Below are positions 51,095 to 62,707 of a stretch of DNA of 64,000 bases, one piece after another. Made by a program: the position numbers and the translations under genes. Position 1 is the first letter of the stretch; each line of letters starts with the position of its first letter. Source of the DNA: Antedon mediterranea (Eukaryota > Animalia > Echinodermata); NCBI RefSeq assembly GCF_964355755.1, contig NC_092672.1, positions 26,480,437 to 26,544,436 on the forward strand, in the 5' to 3' direction. The notes beneath the pieces are model-generated. The model did not search any database and was not told the origin of the DNA. It was given only the letters and a program-made list of their open reading frames with translations.

Positions 51095-52267
51095 GATTCA
51101 TGCAGTTCCAGTGCCTAGATACCATTATCCAATTAAATTGCTGCAAAGCTGTAAATTCCCTTAGAATGTTTAGTGCATAAATAATGGTGTGAACAAAGAA
51201 TATTATAAGAAAATATCATTTCACCGTTTTCCGTCGTTTAGGAAGCAGGTCCTCGCTGAATTTCATTTTAATGTGAGAGCAAAGAATATAAGAAGAACAT
51301 TTCTTTCCAACGTTTTCCACCGTCGTTCAGACTGCAAATCCTCGCAGAATTTCATTTTAAGGTAAGAACAAAGAATATAAGAACATTTCTTTCCAACGTT
51401 TTCCACGATCGTTCAGACTGCAAGTACTCGCTGAATTAAATTTCAAGGTGAGAACAAGGAAAAACAAATATTTGTTGATGATTTATTCATGGCGTGGAGT
51501 AATATATATAGGCCTAGACGGATACAGAAGAATGAAAATAATGACACTTCCACGCTAAATGATACAGAATTAAAAATAATGTACAAACTAGTCCACTTTA
51601 AATTAGAATAGTATTTTACAATGGTCTCAGAATATTTTTTATTTATTATTTTGTAGGTTCTTTCCACTTTTATTTCTTCATCTGGTAAAATATTGAGTTA
51701 CAATATAAAATACAGTGTAATAACACGTAAATGTTAGTATAATGCCATACAGTCATTTCCTTACTGTTTTGGTAAAATAAATATATGTTGATTTTATTTA
51801 ATTTAGAGCGAATGATTTTCTTGTATTTTCTACCGCTAAACATTATTTTATTAAGTAACATTCATTTTGTTCTACTCATTATTTCTATATATTTTCCTAA
51901 TTTGTTTAATCATCTTAGCATTATTTTTTAATTATTTGTTTTCCTTTTCCTGTGATACATCACCACCAAATTCATCTTATAAAATAACGGTTGTATTTGA
52001 CATAACATACAAAAATGTTGTTTTCCAACATTGTATTCAATCCATTAAGCAATTATGAAATAGGCCTAAGTTTATTTTGTGTTTTATGTAAGCAAACTTT
52101 ATACATTACATCAGTTAATATAGAAAGGATTGTGTGACTGTAGGTCATTTGTAACGTTAGCATTTTCCTGTATCGTATCAATATTGTTGCGTGAAAAGCA
52201 ACCTGGTTTCTCAACCACTATAACTTTCCAATCTTCTTATTTACAGAGGAGTTATTTCATTTAGGCC

Positions 52268-52574
52268 TGTTACAACCGCTAATGTAGAAAACGCCAGCTA
52301 ATGTCAAAACAACCGTTAATGTAGAACAATCCACCGCTAATATAGTAAAACCTCAAGCTAATGTAGAAACACCAACAGCTTATGTAGTAAATAAAAATCA
52401 ACACCAGCTAATGTAGAAACGGTCAACAGCTTATGTAGTAACGAAAATTGCCTCACAATTATGTAGTTACTATCGCCAGCTAATGTAGAAAATGTTATAT
52501 ATTTTACAAAAATGTCTACATTAACGGTTGTTTCGACATTAGCTGGCGTTTTCTACATTACCTACGTTGTAACA
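52268..52574. mobile_element. MITE with TGT...ACA ends (Ginger-like) and internal GCTAATGTAG repeats
   Basis: TGTTACAAC...TAATGTAGAAAACGCCAGCTAATGTC / GACATTAGCTGGCGTTTTCTACATTA...GTTGTAACA. Flanks AGGCC / AGGCA. Confidence 0.7.
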
Positions 52575-54114
52575 AGGCATATATACTTAAATCTAGACTT
52601 ATCCACAATATCTCCTAAAAATACTTCAACGATGTACAAAAGATGTTTTATTCTAGTGAGCAAAAGTTATAAAATGTGATGCATTTCCATTTTTCTGGGA
52701 CCGGACTTGGTAACAGTTTTACCCAGCCTAAGGTCAATCATGTTAACACCACTTTCCAGTTATAGTGTTTTATATCAGAATATTTCTAGGTAATTTTTTC
52801 TTTGTTACCACTCCATAAATAAGTTTTAAAACTTTGTTATGACAGTACAAATGTAGTAGTCCTATGCATTATAATGCATAAGACTATAATTATGTTGTCT
52901 ATTATTATAACTGTGGTGATATCTTGATACCTAAATATGTGTTTTTGCGGCCATTTTCTAAGCACTTAAATTAATATGTATATTGCAGTTGAAATGTTTG
53001 ACACTAAAGAAATATAAAAAGCATTGCAAAAACTGCTATAAAGTGGTAATTAGATCTACTATTTATGTTTTTTGGTCAATTTTTTGGACATTTTCGCCAT
53101 TGGTGCCATTTTGTTTAAAAAACCTATTTCGCGTACCTGGATTTTTATAGACTTTTAGTATGTTCATATAGGGACCTTATAGAAATGCATTGTGGTGAAA
53201 AAAAACCTGTTGCAATTTTGTCAACCTTTTACTAATTCTGAGCTTATTTTTCCTGTACTAAATACCATATCAATGATAGTCCAGGATTATCCTTAGTCCT
53301 AGACTAGATAGTCCATAGTCCAGGACTAAGGATAGTCCCCTTTCATGAAAACGGGCCATTGTGTTTATCTCAGAGAAAATCGATTTTTGTTTGTCTGTGA
53401 CACTTGCATTGTTATTAAAATACTTAGCGTTATCAAAACCTAACAGTAATTTTTTCAAACAACAATAATTTTATTCCTCTTTTCTCCCATGCTTAATTTT
53501 CTTATACCAATATTTTAACAATCACATATTAATTCTCTAAGGAATCCCAAAATGTGTGATCAAACACGAATCTTTTGCTTTGATGATTTTCATGTTTAAA
53601 ACAGCCATTTTTCATTCATAATTCGTTAACAAGCCTTCATATTTTTTCTTTTCTTCAAAAGACAGTGTATTTATTAAAATATATGTTAATTTTTCTTCAT
53701 TGAAAGGTTTAAGAACTAACGTAATATGTTTCTTCTTGGCGTTACTTTTTCTAAACCCAGAAAGAATTTAATATTTTCTGTCTCGGGTTTATCATCTTAA
53801 TAAAAGCAAAACAGACTCGTTGTGTTTGCGCTTAAATTTCACATCGAAGTTATTAGACAATTTTTTTGGGGGGTAACAATTATATCGTTATTAGAAATTA
53901 AAACATAATTGCAAAATGGTGTTATTTATTGCATTGAAAATATTGTTGTTGTTTCTCTAGTCTCTGTCGATAACATAGGCATACGTCAAAAGCTAAAAAT
54001 GACCAAAAATTACTTGAGCAAATACTGGATGGTAATTAATACATTGCCTATTTAATGAAAACCCATTATTCTAAAACAACGAAATAAAAGTACTAAAATG
54101 AATAAACAATCCGG

Positions 54115-55253
54115 AAGCAATTGCACGGCTATTTGTTTGCTATTCATAGCTATATCAAGTATAGCAATTACACAGCTATTTGTTTGCTATTTATGGCTAT
54201 ATCAAATATAGCAATTGCACAGCTAGTTGCTTGCTATTCGTGGCTATATCAAGTATAGCAATTGCACAGCTAGTTGTTTGCTATTCGTGGCTATATCAAG
54301 TATAGCAATTGCACAGCTAGTTGTTTGCTATTCATGGCTATATCAAGTATAGCAATTACACAGCTATTTGTTTGCTATTTATGGCTATATCAAATATAGC
54401 AATTGCACAGCTAGTTGCTTGCTATTCGTGGCTATATCAAGTATAGCAATTGCACAGCTAGTTGTTTGCCATTCGTGGCTATATCAAATATAGCAATTGC
54501 ACAGCTAGTTGCTTGCTATTCGTGGCTATATCAAGTATAGCAATTGCACAGCTAGTTGTTTGCTATTCGTGGCTATATCAAATATAGCAATTGCACAGCT
54601 AGTTGTTTGCTATTCGTGGCTATATCAAATATAGCAATTGCACAGCTAGTTGTTTGCTATTCGTGGCTATATCAAATATAGCAATTGCACAGCTAGTTGT
54701 TTGCTATTCATGGCTATATCAAGTATAGCAATTGCACAGCTAGTTGTTTGCTATTCGTGGCTATATCAAATATAGCAATTGCACAGCTAGTTGTTTGCTA
54801 TTCGTGGCTATATCAAATATAGCAATTGCACAGCTAGTTGTTTGCTATTCATGGCTATATCAAATATAGCAATTGCACAGCTAGTTGTTTGCTATTCATG
54901 GCTATATCAAATATAGCAATTGCACAGCTAGTTGTTTGCTATTCGTGGCTATATCAAATATAGCAATTGCACAGCTAGTTGTTTGCTATTCGTGGCTATA
55001 TCAAATATAGCAATTGCACAGCTAGTTGTTTGCTATTCATGGCTATATCAAGTATAGCAATTACACAGCTATTTATTTGCTACTTTTGCTATATCAAGTA
55101 TAGCAATTGTAAGTTATTTATTTGCTATTTATGCTGTATTATCAGGTATAGCAAATACACAGCTATTTAATTGCTATTTTTGCTGTATTAATTATTGCAA
55201 TTGCAAGCTATTTGTTTGCTATGTATTGCTATGACCAATCCTGCACCTTAGTG
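54115..55253. repeat. 47-bp satellite array ending at a CACTA-type terminus
   Basis: Unit AGCAATTGCACAGCTAGTTGTTTGCTATTCGTGGCTATATCAAATAT, about 20 copies, degenerating into ...TATGACCAATCCTGCACCTTAGTG (reverse complement CACTAAGG). Confidence 0.85.
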
Positions 55254-55701
55254 GAAGCTTGAACCTATCAATTAGTTGAGTTTACACATTTTAAAACTGT
55301 CAGAGTCTTAGATAAATAGCTTTCGTGTTGATACAGTTTCTTATTGATTATGTCCTCTGGGTTTTTTGTATCATTGCGGTGTATCATTACGCTTATGATT
55401 GGTTGAAGAGTTATAAAATGAAAATCTCAATAAAAAAGGAGAATTGTTATTTCTGTTTAAAATATTTTAAAATGAGATTATAATGATCAGATAGACAGTG
55501 TATACCACAATCGGAAAACACCCCTATTTGTGGAAAATCGTTGAACCTAAATTCGTTTTAATTGTCAATAACTAATTATCTAACTCAATTAAAAGAACCG
55601 AACACTATTAATTATGAATAACGATATCCCACAGGTTTGGAATAACATGGGTGATTGAGTGGGTTCGCTAATAGTAAACCGAAGAAGCAATTGTAAGCTT
55701 A

Positions 55702-58596
55702 TAGTTGGGGAGCCAGGAAGGGTTTACCTGCACCCTCTAGCAAACTATGTTAACAATGTTTTTTTGCTTCCTTATATCAATACAAATCAATTTTTTGCTG
55801 TTGGCCGAAAAAAATTGGGATGCTTGGTCAGTACAGGGGCCAAAAGGTCAATATGGTTAAAGTTAGAACTGTGTGTAACTTGGTAACTACTTGATGTATT
55901 GGAATATTTTTTGTACCAAACTCCTCAGAAGACCCATATTTCTATTCACTCTAATGGGAAACTTTTGCCGAAATTGGACAGAAACCCCTTTTCTGACCAC
56001 TGATCAAGAAATTGGCCATATGAATATCTCATCAACCGCTGGTCAAAAAGTGATAATTGTGGTCTCAGATTACTCACAAAGTATATGTTTATATTTGTTC
56101 TAATGTAATAAAAATTATAAAACTGTCAATAAACCCCTAATTTTGACCTTTGACTTATAGCCGGCACAAATATGCTTGGAGCACACTTTTCATATCTCAG
56201 AAATTGTTGGGCGGATATGGTCATAGTTTGTGTCAAGATACTCATAAAATACATATTTCTATTCACTTTAATGGACAACTTTTGCTAAAAATGACCATGA
56301 AACTTTATTTTTGACCATTGGTCAAGAAAATAGCCATATCAATATCTCAGCAACCACTAGTCAGAAAGTTATAATTTTAGTTTCAAATTACTCGCAAAAT
56401 ATACATATATTTATATTTGCTCTAATACAACAGAAATACACAAAATGTTAAAAAAACACCTTATTTTGAGATTTAACCTATAGCTGGTACAGACATTTTT
56501 GCGTGGAGCACACATATATTTTTAATAACTAGCGAATGTTGTTTTTGCTTAATATCAAAATACACTCATATTGATATCACTCTAATGAACAAGTGCCAAA
56601 AGACATATCATGAACACTGATCAAGAAAATTACCATAGAAATATTTACCAACTAGGTAGTTTTGGTCCCAAAATACTAGGAATGAATATGTTTAAAAACG
56701 AAATAACAAGTTATGAAAAAGTGGAGCCTTACTTTTCAGGTATCACATGATAAATTGAAACGCGTTGCCCACGATACACCATACGGTAGGCTACTCCAGG
56801 CCCGTAAACTAGTTTTTATAGAGGGGTTCGAATTTGAAAGCCTTTGATAGACCTACCAATTACGATTACAATATTTCACTTAAAACTATACCCAGTTTCT
56901 TGCTTGTGTTTAATAAAATTATGAAAATCTAAAGAAAAATCAAAGAAAACCGTTACTACAGTAGTATGACTATGTTATAATAATCCTAAAGGACATTATT
57001 GTTATTTACTCATCTCCTCCTTTTTGTTGGATTTACTAATAATTTAAGAAGCAAATAAATGAATGAACATTGAATAGTAAACCATCATACTACATCAGTG
57101 CGCATGTGATTTTAATATTCTAAATGTATATTTTAGTATCCTAAATATAGGTTTGTGAATAAAGATTAACTAATTTACATATTTTTGTTTATTTGTATTA
57201 AAAAGATTCAATATAACTTAGTATGTTGCATCAAACAGGTTATTGTAATGGAGGTGGGAAACATTGTAACATCTGAACAAAACAAACCTAAGTTCTTTAG
57301 AATTAAATTATTAATTTTTAGTTTTAATTATAATCACATATACTGAGTAGTATGAATGATGTTTAAGGTTTACTGTGCAATGTCATAACAAACATGGTAA
57401 GCTTCTTAATTGTATTAGTTGTAAATTATAATAATTTAGTGATTCCAAACCATAATATATAGTCATACTACGGTTACTTTGATTTGTTGTTATTGTTCAA
57501 CTATGGTTTTAAAATATGTAACAGTATACTGTATAGCATTTGTCATTCATTTACCGAAGTTCTTTAAAATTGTTAAACAGTGATATAGTTTATATTGTAA
57601 TTATAATACTAAATATTGATAATGATCTTGGTGATAAGAGATTTAACTGTGATGTTATTCATTAAAATTAATAGAATTATCTACTTAGGACTTCCGATAC
57701 AAAGTATTCATAGTATATACCATACTCGCACAACAGTCAATGATATTTTGATATTAAGCAAGACAATTCGCTAGTTATTAAAAATGTAAGTGTGCTCCAC
57801 GAAAAAATGTTTGTACCAGCTATAGGTTAAATGTCAAAATAAGGTGTTTTCAAACATTTTGTGTATTTCTGTTGTATTAGAGCAAATATAATTATATATA
57901 TTGCGAGTAATTTGAGAATAAAATTATAACTTTTGACTAGTGGCTGCTGAGATATTGATTTGGCTATTTTCTTGACCAATGGTCAAAAATTTCACAGTCA
58001 TTTTTGGCAAAAATTGTCCATGAAAGTGAATAGAAATATGTATCTTCTGAGTATTTTGACACCAACTATGACCATATCCGCCCACAAATTTTTGAGATAT
58101 GAAAAGTGTGCTCCAAGCCAACAATATTTGTGCCGGCTATATGTCAAAGGTCAAAATTAAGGGTTTATTGACAGTTTTATGATTTTTGTTACATTAGAAC
58201 AAATATAAACATATACTGTGCGAGTAATTTGAGACCACAATTATCCTTTTCTGACCACTGGTTGCTGAGATATTTATATGGCCAATTTATTGACCAGTGG
58301 TCAGAAAGGGGGTTTCTGTCCACTTTTGGCAAAAGTTTCTTATTAGAGTGAATAGAAATATGGGTCTTCTGAGGAGTTTGGTACAAACAATATTCCAATA
58401 CACCCAGTAGTTACTAAGTTACGCAAAGTCTTAACTTTGACCATATTGACCTTTTGGCCCCTGTACTGACCGAGCACCCCAATTTTTTTTCGGCCAACAG
58501 CAAAAACTTGATTTGTATTGATATAAGGAAGCGAAAAAACATTGTTGGCATAGTTTGCTAGAGGGTGCAGGTAAACCCCTTCCGGCTCCCCAACTA
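55702..58596. mobile_element. Non-autonomous Academ-like DNA transposon with ~850-bp TIRs
   Basis: Ends TAGTTGGGGAGCC.GGAAGGG / CCCTTCCGGCTCCCCAACTA. 3-bp TSD TTA on both sides. Arms ~55702-56560 and ~57745-58596 align as inverted repeats. No coding core. Confidence 0.75.
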
Positions 58597-58619
58597 TTAC
58601 GGATGTTTCTTGCTCTTGT

Positions 58620-60830
58620 TATGATAACCTTAGGCCTAATTTATTCTTTAACAGTTTTGATACACACAACTTCTCTGAAGAGAAGGATGCGATCAGACGG
58701 ATGGTTAATGCTGGGGGTCAGTTAGATTGTGTAACGACAAATGAGATAGAAGTTCGTATACTTTTTAACGCCTTAACTCATGTAAGGCGATAAAGTATTG
58801 CATATCACACTCTTAAATCATGTGTTGACCAACTATGTTACGTATTTATATAAATATCTTTAATATTTGTTTCAGTCGTCAAACTATTCCCAACATATGG
58901 AAAACCTCTTGTATAGTTCCTATTCCAAAGAAATCGTTCATCGAATGCATAAATAACCTAAGCCCTATTGCGCTTACGTCAGTTGCCATGAAAGTGTGTG
59001 AGAAATGTATAATACCGGCTAAGGCCTGATCTTGTTATGGATTTTGTCGACCCCCTGCAATTTGCATATTCCAGCAAACGTTATAGCACGGAAGACGCAA
59101 TTGTATACAAATTACATAAATTATATTCACATTTAGATAATTATAGTAAAGGTATGAACGTTAGGATAATGTACTACGGTTTCTCATCAGCATTCAATAC
59201 GATACAACCCCATCTCCTTGCTCATAAGTTACTTGGTATGGGTGTTGCGAATCAATTGGTCGGTATCATTCTCGATACAAGTGAACGATTATGTGAGGTC
59301 TGGGCGCATTGTGACCAATACGAGTGCACCCCAGAGCACGGTATTGGCAACTTTCCTTTTTACGTTATATACATCCGATTTTCGATCCAATCATGTTGAC
59401 TGTCCAGTAATTAAGTTTGCTGATGATGCATTGCTTGGGCTAATACGGTACGATATAACAACAGTCATTATAGGACTGAAATTGTTAACTTTGTTAATTA
59501 TTGTGATTATATCTACCTTAAACTTAATATTACCAAAATAATTCTGAGCTTTCGCTCACAGCGTACCTTTATTCATACTTCACCTCTATCTGACATGAAG
59601 CTTGGACGATTTTACTCACGCTTTTACCCTTAGATTCACGATTTTGATGTTTTCCTGTTTATCTGTAGTTTTTGTTGGACAAGTTTTATTGCATTTTCTA
59701 TGATCTGATTGCATCGACGAAGCTGCCTTTGAGTGGATTTTGACACATTATTAGTGTAGGCTAAACTACGTATCTGCGTGTGTGCTGACACGCCTTCAAA
59801 TCACCCGCCAGTGTGCTAGTGACGTCACTCGTTGTAATACCACTCCTCAAGCCTAACTCCCGAGCGGCCGTGACCTGGCATCATACACTAAGGCGCATGA
59901 TTGGTCATAGCAATAAATAGCAAACAAATAGCTGTGTAAATGCTATACCTGATACAGCAATAATAGCAATTAATAGCAAACAAATAGCTGTGTAATTTCT
60001 ATACATGATACAGCAATAATAGCAATTAACAGCAAACAAATAGCTGTGTAATTGCTATACCTTTTACAGCAATAATAGCAAATAATAGCAAACACATAGC
60101 TGTGTAATTGCTATACCTGATACAGCAATAATAGCAAATAATAGCAAACAAATAGCTGTATAATTGCTATATATGATACAGCAATAATAGCAATTAATAG
60201 CAAAGCTCCTCTTCATTACAATTATTTAAACAGAGATCAAAAGGTTATTTTTGTGAAATTCTTAGATTAAGAGAAATTTAATTTGCTATAGGCCTATGTT
60301 TGTGTATTATGTTTAAGTAATTGTGGTTTCCTTGTTTATTCTGTTATATTTGTTTAGGACCACAATGGAAATAAGTTTGCCGTCTCGGTACTTTTTTGTG
60401 TTTTTATCCTATTGATTTTATATCAGAATAAAGAAATAAAAAAAAAACTAAAGAACTTGTAATTGAATTTCTTACAATGTTCTACCAATCCGTTATTTGT
60501 GGTGTATGGGCTTGTTGTTTTACAGCGTGGGGTAGTAGCGCATTGAAAGAGGACATTTTTAGGATCAATCGCATAAAAAAGAAAGTAGGTAATTATTAAT
60601 AACTAGCTCTACTTTGCTCTAAGTGCTGAGTCTGTTCACCACACACGTGTGATGAGACTGTCCACATGTATCCTAGATGATAATGGTCATCCACTTCATG
60701 ATAGATAGGCGGATCAGATAAATATTATACCTAGAAGTGGTAGGATTTGACTGCCATACTCCCGCACCAATCGTTATCTTTATTCCTTTGTCCCAATGAG
60801 CATCAAGTTTTTCAATATGAATTATATGGG
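58620..60830 (+). mobile_element. Degenerate Rex1/Babar-like LINE RT region split by later insertions (~59540-60460)
   Basis: IPNIWKTSCIVPIPKK...PIALTSVAMKVCEK, DPLQFAY...STEDAI, FSSAFNTIQPHLL, APQSTVLATFLFTLYTSD, IKFADD. Resumes at ~60480 with FYQSVI...HPLHD...RTNRYLYSFVPMSIKFFN. Many stops and frameshifts. Confidence 0.8.
59886..60205. mobile_element. CACTA-type terminus followed by satellite related to the 47-bp array, in inverted orientation
   Basis: CACTAAGGCGCATGATTGGTCATAGCAATAAATAGCAAACAAATAGC is the near reverse complement of 55208-55253. Followed by about 5 units of ~57 bp. Confidence 0.65.
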
Positions 60831-61179
60831 ATAACGCACTGCAAAACATTGAAATAAAAAATATATAAGAATAGTGATAGCAATAATAACGTAATTAGTG
60901 GTAATATAACAGTAGTCAATAAACAATCTTGACATCCAGCTCTTTAAACGTACTCCTTTATTGGGTTATTATAAACCTTACATCGCCATGATGTATCTCA
61001 CCTCTTCAACCCACGAGGTTCTCTCTATATAGCGTATATATTAACTTCTGGGGTTACATAAGTACTGGGGTGTGTTTCTAAATATATTTATTGGTGCATG
61101 TCTTCTCTTTATATGTATTGTTTTTATCGTACTTTTTATAATAATCATTACTATATAAAGTTTCTGATATTAATATTTT

Positions 61180-61210
<31 letters not shown>

Positions 61211-61230
61211 GAATTGGATAGAACACGGGC

Positions 61231-61273
61231 GTCTATTACACGGTGTTTCACGTTAAACGATCTTCAGATAGAC
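61231..61273 (-). ncRNA. Minimal type I hammerhead ribozyme (inverted copy)
   Basis: Exact reverse complement of 61619-61661. Confidence 0.7.
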
Positions 61274-61618
61274 TGAACAATACCGTATCTCGAGGTGTTA
61301 TAAGGCTTTAGTCAGGTGGTATGTAAATTTTCTTGTTATGACGACATTTTGAAATCAGTACAAAGTACGTATGGTCTTTGAAAAGTAATGACGTAATGTT
61401 TACAATTAAATGGAAAGTAATTAAATATTCCTCCACTAAGAACGCCGCTTATGGGCGTTGTAGTCTTTGTTTAGATGAAAAGCTATGTATTCTAAATGCA
61501 AACAAAACAAATTTGTTAAGTAAAAGGTCTGAACTGATTTCAAAATGTCGTCATAACAAGAAAATTTACATACCACCTGACTAAAGCCTTATAACACCTC
61601 GAGATACGGTATTGTTCA

Positions 61619-61661
61619 GTCTATCTGAAGATCGTTTAACGTGAAACACCGTGTAATAGAC
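61619..61661 (+). ncRNA. Minimal type I hammerhead ribozyme
   Basis: GTCTAT-CTGAAGA-TCGTTTAACGT-GAAAC-ACCGT-GTA-ATAGAC. Stem I GTCTAT/ATAGAC, core CUGANGA and GAAA, GUA cleavage triplet at 61653-61655. Confidence 0.75.
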
Positions 61662-61892
61662 GCCCGTTTTCTATCCAATTCATAAATATATATTCGCTCT
61701 TGATTTCAATTGAGCACTTTTGCTGCCTCAACGCATCTATAGAAATATATTTAAATATTTTAATTGTATTAACTCTGAGCAAATGAATTTCTCCTTTGAA
61801 GATCAATAGAATTATTCTGATTCTGATTATTTAGTCTGGACTGGAATCTAAAAGTACTTTACTACTTGAGAAAAGCGTCCCTGATAAAATGC

Positions 61893-62460
61893 TATTATTA
61901 TTATTATTATTATTATTTATTGCCAAAAACCAGTTACAAACAAACAAAACACAGAAACTAAGGGAGTAGGCAGGAACCTAAAAGTGAACCTAATCACTAT
62001 AACAAGAGTTCAGGTTCCGTACTCCCAAAGTAACAACAATGATATAAAATAAACTATATAAAAATATTAAAAAAACAAATAGACGAATCAACAGTGTCAA
62101 TATAAAATAAACGGATAAAATACATAATAGTCGATTCAACAAAGTCAATATAAAACATGTGATTTAAGTGAATTTAAAAATATTTGAAAACTGTCTAAAA
62201 TTAAAGAATTTTTAATCATTTCCGGTAATTCTTCCCACAACCTAGGGAATATATTAATAGCGGAATGATGAAGACAATTGGTTCGAGCATAGTGATGAAT
62301 GAACTTAAGTGTATCAAGGTGACGGCCATTAAACAACTAAAGATTGACGAACACTACTACAATCAACCGTTCCAATAAGTGATTTACAAACAAAGGATAA
62401 CAGAAGATAATTTCTTCGATTAGATAGTGTAGGCCAATTTAGCTTAGTGAGACTATACAC
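61893..62460 (-). mobile_element. 3' fragment of a CR1/L2-group LINE with (TAA)n tail
   Basis: Minus strand LNWPTLSNRRNYLLL...ARTNCLHHSAINIFPRLWEELP..., then a 3' UTR, AATAAA and (TAA)n at ~61893-61921. Confidence 0.65.
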
Positions 62461-62707
62461 CCTTTAACATCATCTTATGTTACAGGCCATTATAACCGAA
62501 ATTCCGAAATAAAATCTACCCACTGTTTTCCGACACTAATTTTAAAATGCATACATTATTTGATAAAGTGATGTACATACAAAAGATAATGACAGTGTCA
62601 TCACAATTACCAAACAATTGGTTACTCAAATAAATTCTTAAATAACATGTTGTTCTTTCTTATTTCATAGGACAGATCACATCATTGAATAGGAAAAGTG
62701 AATTGGT

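Larger units (their letters stand above)
61203..61690 (+). mobile_element. Penelope-like element 3' fragment with inverted pseudo-LTR
   Basis: ORF end KYVWSLK...IKWKVI...RCSLCLDEKLCIL...LLSKRSELISKCRH is typical of the PLE GIY-YIG C-terminus. 61203-61359 is an almost perfect inverted copy of 61533-61690. Confidence 0.85.
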
